Source: an uncultured Bacteroidales bacterium (GTDB taxonomy: Bacteria > Bacteroidota > Bacteroidia > Bacteroidales > JAADJA01). From it: DNA of 52,995 bases. Of the stretch, positions 43,110 to 52,296 are shown piece by piece (position 1 is the stretch's first letter; every line of letters begins with the position of its first letter). A model generated the notes under the pieces. It did not search any database. It was not told where the DNA came from and was given only the letters and a program-made list of their open reading frames with translations. A program made the translations under genes and the position numbers. The stretch lies in contig CAYLTG010000005.1 of assembly GCA_964386225.1 (NCBI GenBank), positions 1,512-54,506 on the forward strand. The letters run 5' to 3'.

Positions 43110-46100
43110 ATGAACGTCATCCGATATATCCTCCGGAGCCTCTGGTTTTACAGGAAGCAGCACCTGGCATTGTTCGCCGGCACCCTGATCAGCACCGCCG
43201 TGCTCACCGGGGCGCTCATCGTGGGCGATTCGGTGCGCTACAGCCTGAAGCACCTGGTGGATGTCAGGCTGGGAAGCACCCGCCATGCATTGCAGGCTGG
43301 CGACCGCTTTGTGAGGACGGAACTGGCCGCCGACCTGGCCAGGGAGGCGGGGACTGAGGTGATCGCCGTCAATATCCTGAAGGGTGTCGGCGTCAACCCC
43401 GATGCGGAGCTCCAGGCCAATAAACTGCAGGTGGTGGGTATAGGAGGCGATTTTGCAGGGTTCATGGGAGTAGACATCCCGGCCTTGGCGCCGGAAGAGG
43501 TGCTGGTGAGCGGCAACCTGGCCGGGCGGCTGCAATTGTCCGCGGGAAGCACCCTGATCCTGCGCGTGGAGGATGTGGACGTCATCCCGCTGAATGCGCC
43601 CTTCGCCCGGGAAGCGAAGCCCTCCGTCGGGCTCCGCCTGACGGTGAAGGATGTCCTGGACGACGGCAGAATGGGCCGGTTCGGGCTAAGGAACAACCAG
43701 GTGGCGCCCTACAATGTGTTCCTCGACAGGGATTACCTCGCCGGGGCGCTCCAGATCGAAGGGAAGGCCAACGTCCTTCTGGCTGCCGGTGATGCCGGCC
43801 CCGAAGCATCCCTGGCATTGAACGAAGCCCTTGGGGTGTCATGGAAGCCCGCCGACATGAACATCATGATCAAGAACCTGCCGGGTAGAGGTAAGGTCGA
43901 GGTGACGTCGGAGCGCATCTTCATCGATGACCCGGTTGCCCATATCCTGCAGCAGGCCGCACCGGAACCGGAAAAGATACTCACCTACCTGGTGAACGCC
44001 ATCGATCATGACGGGGCCAGCACCCCCTATTCGTTTGTTTCGGCGGCGACAACGCCCTACATGGAAGATGGCCTGCCCGAAAATTCGATCCTCATCAATG
44101 ACTGGCTGGCCGCCGACCAGGGTGTTGCCGCGGGCGATACCCTCCGATTGGACTATTTTGTGGTCGGCCCCCTGAGGAAACTGGTCGAGAAGAGCCATTC
44201 CTTCGAGGTGAGGTCTGTCATCGGAACGGGAACGGCTCCCGTAGATAGCACATTGATGCCCCCGTATCCGGGGCTGTCGGAGGCCGGGAACTGCAGGGAC
44301 TGGGATACGGGCATTCCCATCGACCTGAAGAAGATCCGCGACAAGGATGAGTTTTACTGGGATGATTACAAGGGGACGCCCAAGGCCGTGATCTCCCTGG
44401 AAGCAGGAAGGAGCTTGTGGGCCAACGAGTTCGGTTCATATACGGCGTTTCGCTTCGAAGCCGCGCAAATTACAGGCGCCGAACTCGGTAATTTGCTGGT
44501 GAAGGCCCTGAACCCCGAAGACCTGGGCCTGGTCTTTACCCCTGTGTACACACAAGGCCTGGGAGCGGCTGAGAATTCGGTCGATTTTGGGGAACTGTTC
44601 CTGAGCCTGAGCTTTTTTGTGATCGCCGCCGGCGTCCTTCTGACCGTCCTTCTTTTCAGCCTCCAGGCACAATACCGGATGCCGGAGTCGGGCCTCTTGT
44701 CGGCCATCGGCTTCAGCAGGGGGAGGATCATCCTCTCCCGGCTTTACGAGGCGGCCCTTGTTGCACTGCTGGGAGGTGCCGCCGGGGCCGTTGCCGGAAT
44801 AGGATACAACAAGGCGGTCATGCTGGGATTAAATACGGTTTGGGGAGATGCTGTCAATTCGGATGTACTATATATTCAGGTAAATATAAGCACTATTTTA
44901 ACCGGAGGTTTAAGTGGGTTCCTCCTCTCGGTCGCGGCAGTTTTCCTGGTGACCAGGGCCCGTCTCCGGCAACCGCTCAATGGTCTCCTGCGGAATGTCA
45001 GTACCTGGTCAGGACGCGCGCGCAGGAGCCGGACAAGGTTCCCTTCCATCGCTGCCATCGCCGGCTTCGGGGGTGCGCTTCTGCTGCTCAGCTATTCCGT
45101 ATGGAGCGGCATCGACCGTAGCGCCTCCCTGTTCCTTTCGGCCGGAGGGTTGTTCATCGTTGGGGCTCTGGCCCTGATGCACCTGCTTCTGGTGCGATTG
45201 TCAACTGCCTCCCGCTCCGGCCGGCCCGGCATCCTGGCGCTGGCGTTGCGCAACGCGGCGCGGGGGCGGGGCAGGAGCGTGACCACCATCGCCCTCCTCT
45301 CGCTGGGCGTATTCACCATCATCATTACCGGGGCGAACAGGAAGACCTTTTACGGTGCCGACCTCGACAAAGGATCCGGCACCGGTGGGTTCAGTTTCTG
45401 GGTGGAGACCACCATGCCCCTCCACGAGGACCTTTCGGTTGCCGGGGCGATGACGGACTATGGCCTGGATGAACAGGAATTGGCCGGCACGTCGATCTAC
45501 CAGGTGATGACGCTGGAGGGTGACGATGCCAGTTGCCTGAACCTGAACCAGGTGGAGAAGCCCAGGATACTGGGGGTCGACGTGGATGCATTCACGGCGA
45601 GGAACGCCTTTTCGTTCGCGGGAATTCTCAAGGGTGTGGACCCTGGAGATCCCTGGACAGAGCTCAGGAAGACCTATGACGTGGGGGTGATCCCGGCCTT
45701 CGCGGATCAGACCGTGATCACGTGGAGCCTCAAGAAAAAGATCGGAGATACCCTCAGGTACCTCAACGAGGAGGGGGACCTCCTGAAACTGGTCCTGGCT
45801 GCAGGCCTCGATAATTCAATCTTCCAGGGCAATATCCTCATCGGGAGGGAGCATTTTGCCAAGAACTTTCCCTCTGCGGGAGGCGCCTCGGTGATGCTGC
45901 TGGATGTGCCGCCCGGGCGAATGGAAGCCGTCTCCGGCGAACTGGAAAGGGGGCTCAATGACTATGGCATCGAGCTCACCAGCACGTCCCGTCGCCTGGC
46001 CCGGTTCAATGCGGTGCAGAATACCTACCTGGCCGTATTCATGGTGCTCGGGGGCCTGGGTGTCATCATCGGTACCATCGGGCTCGGGATCGTCATTGCC

Positions 46101-46403
46101 CGCAACCTCCTGGAGCGGAAAGAGGAACTGGCACTGCTGGCAGCCGTCGGCTTCTCCAGGAAGCACCTTGGCAGGCTTGTGATGGCCGAGAACCTGCTCC
46201 TGCTCGCCACCGGCCTCGTGGTAGGGATCCTGGCTGCCTTCATCGGGATTCTTCCCTCGCTTTTGTCCCCGGCTTTCGCCTTGCAGGGCAGCTTTGTGAT
46301 CTGGCTTGTGGTCGGGGTTCTCCTCAGCGGGCTCGTCTGGGTATGGCTGCCGGTCAGGAGCATGCTTGGCCGGCCCCTCGCCATGTCCCTGAGAAATGAA
46401 TAG
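43110..46403 (+). CDS. Large FtsX-family ABC permease with two FtsX modules and large extracytoplasmic domains
   Basis: 1097 aa. N-terminal TM (HLALFAGTLISTAVLTGALIV). First TM bundle around FLSLSFFVIAAGVLLTVLLF...IGFSRGRIILSRLYEAALVALLGG. Second bundle around YLAVFMVLGGLGVIIGTIGLGIVIARNLLERKEELALLAAVGFSRKHLGRLVMAENLLLL. Starts 5 nt after the ATPase gene. Confidence 0.8.
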   Translation: MNVIRYILRSLWFYRKQHLALFAGTLISTAVLTGALIVGDSVRYSLKHLVDVRLGSTRHALQAGDRFVRTELAADLAREAGTEVIAVNILKGVGVNPDAELQANKLQVVGIGGDFAGFMGVDIPALAPEEVLVSGNLAGRLQLSAGSTLILRVEDVDVIPLNAPFAREAKPSVGLRLTVKDVLDDGRMGRFGLRNNQVAPYNVFLDRDYLAGALQIEGKANVLLAAGDAGPEASLALNEALGVSWKPADMNIMIKNLPGRGKVEVTSERIFIDDPVAHILQQAAPEPEKILTYLVNAIDHDGASTPYSFVSAATTPYMEDGLPENSILINDWLAADQGVAAGDTLRLDYFVVGPLRKLVEKSHSFEVRSVIGTGTAPVDSTLMPPYPGLSEAGNCRDWDTGIPIDLKKIRDKDEFYWDDYKGTPKAVISLEAGRSLWANEFGSYTAFRFEAAQITGAELGNLLVKALNPEDLGLVFTPVYTQGLGAAENSVDFGELFLSLSFFVIAAGVLLTVLLFSLQAQYRMPESGLLSAIGFSRGRIILSRLYEAALVALLGGAAGAVAGIGYNKAVMLGLNTVWGDAVNSDVLYIQVNISTILTGGLSGFLLSVAAVFLVTRARLRQPLNGLLRNVSTWSGRARRSRTRFPSIAAIAGFGGALLLLSYSVWSGIDRSASLFLSAGGLFIVGALALMHLLLVRLSTASRSGRPGILALALRNAARGRGRSVTTIALLSLGVFTIIITGANRKTFYGADLDKGSGTGGFSFWVETTMPLHEDLSVAGAMTDYGLDEQELAGTSIYQVMTLEGDDASCLNLNQVEKPRILGVDVDAFTARNAFSFAGILKGVDPGDPWTELRKTYDVGVIPAFADQTVITWSLKKKIGDTLRYLNEEGDLLKLVLAAGLDNSIFQGNILIGREHFAKNFPSAGGASVMLLDVPPGRMEAVSGELERGLNDYGIELTSTSRRLARFNAVQNTYLAVFMVLGGLGVIIGTIGLGIVIARNLLERKEELALLAAVGFSRKHLGRLVMAENLLLLATGLVVGILAAFIGILPSLLSPAFALQGSFVIWLVVGVLLSGLVWVWLPVRSMLGRPLAMSLRNE

Positions 46404-46554
46404 CGACGCCCGGGACTCGGCCATTTTCTCAGGCAGGGAATGCAACCGGCAGCGGTTCATGGTGGCAATCCGTTCAGCCCTCTTTAGTTTGCCGGAGAGG
46501 AGTGGCTCAAGTTGCAGTTTTTGCAAAACAGCTTTTCAAACCCCAAAATACAAT

Positions 46555-46586
46555 TTTGACTTGTCCTCGCTACATCCGTATTTTTG
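46555..46586 (+). promoter_or_regulatory. Bacteroidota-type promoter: -33 TTTG (46555-46558), 20-nt spacer, -7 TATTTTTG (46579-46586)
   Basis: Both elements are read directly, with canonical spacing. It lies 59 nt upstream of the ATG at 46645. A short hairpin (cccggtcctgaaccggg) lies in the leader. Confidence 0.5.
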
Positions 46587-46644
46587 GTGTAGAATTTCGA
46601 CCCTTGAACAGGCCCGGTCCTGAACCGGGGGAAATACGCAAGCC

Positions 46645-48606
46645 ATGAACTCAAACACGTCATTCACCGAAGGTCCCTCCCCGCAGCATGTTCCCGCCGG
46701 GCCCCGCACCCTGCCTCACTTGTTCGTGACAAGCGTGGCGCGGTTTGCTGAAAATCCCTTGTTCTGGGAAAAGACCGGTGCCGAATACACCCCGACCAGC
46801 TACCGGGAAATGAAAACCCTTGTGGACCACTTTGCCGGAGGGCTGCTTGGCCTTGGCATCGCCAGGGGCGACCGGGTCGCGCTGCTGTCCCAGGCCCGCC
46901 GCGACTGGGTGGTCTCCGAACTGGGTGTCCTTTTCGCCGGTGCGATCAGTGTGCCGCTCTCGGTGAAGCTGGAAAGCAGCGAACTGATATTCAGGCTTCA
47001 GCACAGCGGTGCACGGGTGCTTGTCACCTCCTCCAACCAGTATCCGAAGGTCCGGGGCCATCTGCAGGATATCCCGGAACTGGAATACGTGATCCTGATG
47101 GATCCGTTGGATGATTCGTCAGGTGGAGAACTGCTCATGGAGCACCTGATGGATGACGGCCGGCAGTACATTGAGAAGAACAGGGCCTCCTTCGATCACC
47201 GGATGGGGCAGGTCGGGGAGGACGACTGCGCCCTGATCTCCTACACATCGGGGACCACCGCCGACCCCAAGGGGATCATGCTGTCGCACAAGAACCTTGT
47301 GGCCAATACGGAACAGGCCCTGCAGCTCTTTTCGGTGACCGAGGATTTCAGGATCTTATTGATCCTCCCCCTTGACCACTCCTTCGCCCATACGACCGGA
47401 ATGTATGTCTTTATCGCATCGGGGGCCAGCCTGGCGTCGGTACAGCTGGGTCGCACGCCGGCAGCCAGCCTGAAGAATGTCTTCACCAATATCCGCGAGA
47501 TCAGGCCGGACGCCTTGCTTTCCGTGCCCACGGTGGCCAGGAACCTGAGGAAGAACATCGAGAATGGGGTGCGCAAAAAAGGGAAGTTCACCTGGAGGTT
47601 GTTCCAGCTGGGCCGCAGGGCGGCATACAAATACAATGGCCTGGGCGTAGACCGCGGCCGGGGTTGGCGCATGCTCCTCTGGCCCCTCTGCTGGGCGGTG
47701 GACAGGCTTGTGTTCAAGGCCATCCGTCAGAATTTCGGCGGCAGGCTGAAATATTTCGTCGGCGGGGGCGCGTTGCTGGACCTGGAGCTGCAAAAGTTCT
47801 TTTATGCCATCGGTATGCCCATGTACCAGGGATACGGGCTTTCGGAAGCTTCCCCGGTCATCTCCTCCAATACCGTCGAGGATCATAAGCTGGGGACCTC
47901 GGGCAGGCTGGTGCCTGACCTGGACCTGCGGATCTGCGATGAGGGCGGCAACCCGCTGCCGGCCGGGGCAAAAGGAGAGATCGTCGTGAGTGGCGACAAC
48001 GTGATGATGGGCTACTACCGCAATGAAGAGGCCACGCGCGATACCTTGCGGGATGGTTGGCTTTATACAGGAGATATGGGGTTCCTCGACGAGGAGGGGT
48101 TCCTGCACGTCCTGGGCCGGTTCAAAAGCCTGCTCATCGGGGACGATGGCGAGAAATACAGCCCGGAGGGGATCGAGGAATGCATCGAGGAGAACTCCCG
48201 CTATATCCAGCAGATCATGATCCACAACAACCAGCGGCCCTACACCACGGCCTTGATCTTTCCGGATGTCCAGAACCTGATCCTCGACCTGGAACGGCAC
48301 CATCCCGGCCTCCGGGGCCCCGATGCCGCCCGGCAGGGGCTGCGGATGATCGCGGAGGAGCTGGATACCTTCAGGAACGGAAGGGAAGCATGCGCGTTCC
48401 CCCAACGGTGGCTCCCGGCCTCCTTTGCCATCCTGGAGGAGGGGTTTACCGAGCAGAACCATTTCCTGAACAGCACCATGAAGATGGTGCGGGGCAGGAT
48501 CACGGACCACTACCATGACCGGATCGAATACATGTACCAGGCCGCGGGAAAGGATATCGGAAACGCGGAGAACGTCAATGCGCTGAGCTTCCTTCTGGAA
48601 GGGTGA
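46645..48606 (+). CDS. Long-chain acyl-CoA synthetase (AMP-forming, ACSL/FadD-like)
   Basis: AMP-binding motifs: LISYTSGTTADPKGIMLSHKNL, YQGYGLSEASPVIS, GEIVVSGDNVMMGYY, GWLYTGDMGFLDEEGFLHVLGRFKSLLI...GEKYSPEGIE. Confidence 0.85.
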   Translation: MNSNTSFTEGPSPQHVPAGPRTLPHLFVTSVARFAENPLFWEKTGAEYTPTSYREMKTLVDHFAGGLLGLGIARGDRVALLSQARRDWVVSELGVLFAGAISVPLSVKLESSELIFRLQHSGARVLVTSSNQYPKVRGHLQDIPELEYVILMDPLDDSSGGELLMEHLMDDGRQYIEKNRASFDHRMGQVGEDDCALISYTSGTTADPKGIMLSHKNLVANTEQALQLFSVTEDFRILLILPLDHSFAHTTGMYVFIASGASLASVQLGRTPAASLKNVFTNIREIRPDALLSVPTVARNLRKNIENGVRKKGKFTWRLFQLGRRAAYKYNGLGVDRGRGWRMLLWPLCWAVDRLVFKAIRQNFGGRLKYFVGGGALLDLELQKFFYAIGMPMYQGYGLSEASPVISSNTVEDHKLGTSGRLVPDLDLRICDEGGNPLPAGAKGEIVVSGDNVMMGYYRNEEATRDTLRDGWLYTGDMGFLDEEGFLHVLGRFKSLLIGDDGEKYSPEGIEECIEENSRYIQQIMIHNNQRPYTTALIFPDVQNLILDLERHHPGLRGPDAARQGLRMIAEELDTFRNGREACAFPQRWLPASFAILEEGFTEQNHFLNSTMKMVRGRITDHYHDRIEYMYQAAGKDIGNAENVNALSFLLEG

Positions 48607-48663
48607 CAGGCGGGCCTGGCACAGGGCCACACGCACCTGGTTGATCGTCAGGTTTTTTCCGCA

Positions 48664-50067
48664 TCAGAAAGAACTGGATCCGTCCCAGCAATGGGTGCAG
48701 AGTTTTTCCTTCGGGAGGCCGATGGCCTCCACCAGGTCGTCAAGCCGCTGGTATCGCAGGGTGGTGACCCCCAGCTTCTCCCTGATCCGCTCGACCATGG
48801 CATGGCATTTAGGGGAGTCCGGGTCGGCATATTCATCCAGGTATCTGTCCTCTTCGCCTTCCAGTTCCTTGATCGCCTTTCTTCCTGCCAGGTCGAGGGT
48901 CGACCGGGAGTTGGAGAAGTTCAGGAATTCACAGGGGAAGATGAGGGTGGGGCAGGCGGGACGGATATGCACTTCCCTTGCGCCACACGCGTTGAGCACT
49001 TGCACGTTGTCAAGCAATTGCGTGCCCCTGACAATGGAGTCGTCGCAGAGGGCGATGCGCTGGTTGTCGATAAGCGACCGGTTGGGGATCAGTTTCATTT
49101 TCGCGACCAGGTTCCGCATCTCCTGGTTCTGCGGCATGAAGCTGCGCGGCCAGGTGGGCGTGTATTTCACATAGGCCCGCTTGTAGGGTACTTTCTTCTC
49201 GTAGGCATATCCGACGGCGTGGGCGATCCCCGAGTCGGGGACCCCCGATACGAAATCGACCTCGGAGGAATCCCTTCGGGCAATGGCAGCGCCGCACCGG
49301 TAACGGCATTCCTCCACGTTGATGTCCTCGTAGTAGGAGCTGGGGTATCCGTAGTACACCCACAGGAAAGAACACACCTGCATCTTGTCGTACGGGGCCT
49401 TGCAGCGCTCCACCCCCTCCGCGGTGATCTTCAGGATCTCCCCCGGCCCGATGTAGGATTCCACCTCGAACCCCAGGTTCGGAAAAGAGGTGGTCTCCGA
49501 ACTGACCGCATAGGAATCCTGCTTTTTGCCAAGGATCAGCGGGGTCCTTCCCCATTTGTCGCGGGCGGCATACAATCCCTCGCGGGTGAGCAGGAGCATG
49601 GAGCAGGAGCCCCGGACCTTGTCGTACACGTTCTCGATCCCTTTTGCAAAGGACTCCTCCTCGTTGATGAGCATGGCCACCAGTTCCGAGATGTTGGTGC
49701 CGCCGGTGCTGACCTCCGAGAAATGCCGGCCCTGGGAAAGGGCGCGCTGGGTCAGCGCTTCCAGGTTGGTGATCCGGGCCACCGTCACGATGCTGAAAGT
49801 GCCCAGGTGTGAATTGATGATGATCGGCTGCGAATCTGTGTCGCTGATCACTCCGATGCCGCTGTTGCCCTTGAACCTGGGAAGTTCAGACTCGAATTTG
49901 GTCCGGAAATAGGAGCTTTCGATGTTGTGGATGGACCTGTAGAAGCCGCCGGGGCCATGCACGGCCATGCCCCCGCGCTTGGTGCCCAGGTGGGAGTTGT
50001 AATCGGTCCCGTAATACAGGTCGTTGACACAATCGTGTTTTGAGATAGTTCCAAAGATACCGCCCAT
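48664..50067 (-). CDS. PurF-like amidophosphoribosyltransferase paralog with intact PRTase motif but no N-terminal Cys nucleophile
   Basis: 467 aa. It starts MGGIFG, where canonical PurF has MCG. The Ntn-fold core is recognisable (GSCSMLLLTREGLYAARDKWGRTPLILGKK...YAVSSETTSFPNLG...IGPGEILKIT). PRPP loop RIALCDDSIVRGTQL. C-terminal Cys pairs ACPTLIFPCEFLNFS and CTHCWDG. Confidence 0.75.
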   Translation of the reverse strand: MGGIFGTISKHDCVNDLYYGTDYNSHLGTKRGGMAVHGPGGFYRSIHNIESSYFRTKFESELPRFKGNSGIGVISDTDSQPIIINSHLGTFSIVTVARITNLEALTQRALSQGRHFSEVSTGGTNISELVAMLINEEESFAKGIENVYDKVRGSCSMLLLTREGLYAARDKWGRTPLILGKKQDSYAVSSETTSFPNLGFEVESYIGPGEILKITAEGVERCKAPYDKMQVCSFLWVYYGYPSSYYEDINVEECRYRCGAAIARRDSSEVDFVSGVPDSGIAHAVGYAYEKKVPYKRAYVKYTPTWPRSFMPQNQEMRNLVAKMKLIPNRSLIDNQRIALCDDSIVRGTQLLDNVQVLNACGAREVHIRPACPTLIFPCEFLNFSNSRSTLDLAGRKAIKELEGEEDRYLDEYADPDSPKCHAMVERIREKLGVTTLRYQRLDDLVEAIGLPKEKLCTHCWDGSSSF

Positions 50068-50077
50068 TTTCGAAGAA

Positions 50078-50700
50078 TTAAAGGAGGCCAGGCGACCCCG
50101 AAATATGATGAAATAAAACTAAGACATTTCGCATGGCCTCATTATGAATGTTGATAAGTTGATGCGCTTTGTTGAAAGAGTAGTTCTGCCCGGCCTGGCC
50201 ATTTCCTTTGGGGGCCGGCCAGGTTTCCACATCGCGGGTGTTGTAGAAATGGACCACCTCCTTCAGCGACCTGAAGACCCCATTGCGCATACAGGCCTTG
50301 GTGAACCCCTTGCCGGGGCGTTGGCCGACATTGCGGAGGGTAGGGCCTTGTGTTTGCCCCCGGTTATCGGCTACTTTCGGTTCATCATACCCTGTCGATC
50401 GCAGGAATCCGCCCAGACCGGGATCGGTACCGCAAAGCCGACCGAAGGGGCATGGCAGCCGGCATACGACATGGTTTGGGACCGGCGATCTTTTCGAAGA
50501 AGATGGACTTGCCGGGTGCCTCCAAGGGGGTGGGTTCCTGCGATTCCGCCTCCGGGGACAGGAACAGGGGCATTGTGGCGGGGAGGGAAGTGAATGTCCT
50601 CCATGTTGTGGTTGATTGATAATGATGACTGAATAGTCCGAGCCCATTCAAAGTAAGAAATCGTTTACGGGATGTCAAGGGATCAGACAAACGGAGAGTT
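50078..50700 (-). pseudogene. Frame-broken relic of a di-haem cytochrome c peroxidase/MauG-family C-terminal haem domain
   Basis: The pieces sit in three different minus-strand frames. GKSIFFEK is in frame 50385-50780. SYAGCHAPSVGF, a haem CxxCH site with Tyr in place of the first Cys, is in frame 50371-50604. GTDPGLGGF...GPTLRNVGQ...MRNGVFRSLKEVVHFYNTRD is in frame 50078-50647. No single frame spans them. Confidence 0.45.
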
Positions 50701-50735
50701 GGTTGATGCAGGATTGGAATTCTTGGGGATGGGTT

Positions 50736-50772
50736 AAAAAAAAAGGATGCCGGGGATGGCATCCTTTTTTTT
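50736..50772. terminator. Bidirectional intrinsic terminator (A9 - GGATGCC - loop - GGCATCC - T8)
   Basis: Read directly: aaaaaaaaa ggatgcc ggggat ggcatcc tttttttt. It lies 15 nt downstream of the stop codon (50787-50789) of the minus-strand lipoprotein gene. Confidence 0.8.
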
Positions 50773-50786
50773 AATGGCATCGATGA

Positions 50787-51920
50787 TTATTCGTCGAAAT
50801 CACCGCAGGCCACAGAGTGAGCTATGATCCACAGGTTCTCTATGTCGGTCTTGTCCAGGTCGATCTCGATCTCATACTTCACATAGTCGTCATTCAGTAC
50901 CGTTGCATTGCCGTCCTTATAAGGGTACTGACCGGGTGCAACGGTAAGCTTGCCGTTCTTCATCATGGGCACGGTGGCAGAGGCTCCGTTCGGATAATAA
51001 TCACCGAAGTACAGGTGGGTCTCATCGAAAGTGAACCCTTCGAATGCATTGTACTCAACGGTCAGCACCGCTCCATCCCAGGAGATGTCGAGGGTTCCAA
51101 CCTGCGTGCCTTTTGACAGGTCGCACTGGCCGGCGGCACCCCAGATCTCGAACTCGTAAGGTCCTTCGGTCAGGTCCACATTGTTGCTCCAGCCCCAGCG
51201 GTTGAAATTGTCCTTGGGATTGCCGGTCGGGTTGAGCTGGCCCGTCGTTTTGCTGAGTGTGAGGAAGCAGTAGGTGGTGGCATCCCCGTCGGGATTGTAG
51301 GCGAACGCCGTCTCACAGGTGGGTTCATCGCAATCCTGCATGCAGTACTCGGCATAATATCCCCAGTTCTTGGTGTTGCCGATGGCATAGAGGAACGTGC
51401 CGTCGGGCAGTTTGGTCTGTACAACCACCTGGAAGCATTGCAGGTCCCCGACATTGGTCATGTATTCGAATGATGTCACGGGGTCCAGGTATTTATCAAA
51501 GGCAAGCCAATCAGTCGCTTGTAAAGTCAGCAGATAATGGGCTTCGAAGTTGGATGGGGTGCCATCCTTTATGATATTGGGGTTGTCTGAAAACAGGCCC
51601 ACCCAATACCTTGATTCGACAAAGGAATACCCTTCATTCGCTGTGACATTGATCTTGAGGTTGCCGTTGGCGTCATTGCCCACTTTCACGATGCCTGCAT
51701 CGCTGATGACGGCCGATGGCGGCTGAGCCCAGGGCGCACCTATCGCGAATTGGAAAGTGACGGGCTCTCCACAATATGCAAAGTTTTCGTTATTCTTGAA
51801 ATCTCCGTTCTCCGCCAAAGACCCTGGCCCAGGTTCGGAAACATCTGTTTTCTGGCACCCGGCAAAAACCAAAGGAATAGCCAATGCCAGTACAATTGCA
51901 ATTTTAAGTGCGTTTTTCAT
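50787..51920 (-). CDS. Lipoprotein of unknown function (Cys-rich, beta-rich)
   Basis: 377 aa. Lipobox IVLALAIPLVFAGCQK. Conserved-looking segment CETAFAYNPDGDATTYCFLTL...NFNRWGWSNNV. No family assigned. Confidence 0.6.
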   Translation of the reverse strand: MKNALKIAIVLALAIPLVFAGCQKTDVSEPGPGSLAENGDFKNNENFAYCGEPVTFQFAIGAPWAQPPSAVISDAGIVKVGNDANGNLKINVTANEGYSFVESRYWVGLFSDNPNIIKDGTPSNFEAHYLLTLQATDWLAFDKYLDPVTSFEYMTNVGDLQCFQVVVQTKLPDGTFLYAIGNTKNWGYYAEYCMQDCDEPTCETAFAYNPDGDATTYCFLTLSKTTGQLNPTGNPKDNFNRWGWSNNVDLTEGPYEFEIWGAAGQCDLSKGTQVGTLDISWDGAVLTVEYNAFEGFTFDETHLYFGDYYPNGASATVPMMKNGKLTVAPGQYPYKDGNATVLNDDYVKYEIEIDLDKTDIENLWIIAHSVACGDFDE

Positions 51921-51965
51921 AATGGTAGTTTTAGAAGTTCTAATTCAATTTTAGTTTCGGATTTT

Positions 51966-51973
51966 CAAAGATA
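51966..51973 (-). promoter_or_regulatory. -7 box (plus strand CAAAGATA = TATCTTTG on the minus strand) upstream of the lipoprotein gene
   Basis: Exact TAnnTTTG match 46 nt upstream of the ATG at 51920, in an AT-rich gap. Confidence 0.35.
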
Positions 51974-52296
51974 ATAATTATTTGCCATGGGTCAAGTTTT
52001 GTGCCTGGATTAATTATTAACCATGAACTATCAAGGCACTCCCTGCCGCAAAAATCATGCTTGGAATTATTCTAAATTAACCTGTTAACAATGAGGCTTG
52101 TAATACTTCTGGTTTTTATTGTTTTGTCTCAAATTGGCATCATGTTCCCAAAACTGGAAATTGTCTCTGATTAAAAAACTAATTCAAGGAAACGGCCTGA
52201 TTGCAGATAGGTTCCTGCGTTTGGGGGATCGGTGTTTTCTAAGCCGTCATAAATCAGGTTTCATGCGGTCGGCTCCGCCGGATAGAAGGAATTCGT

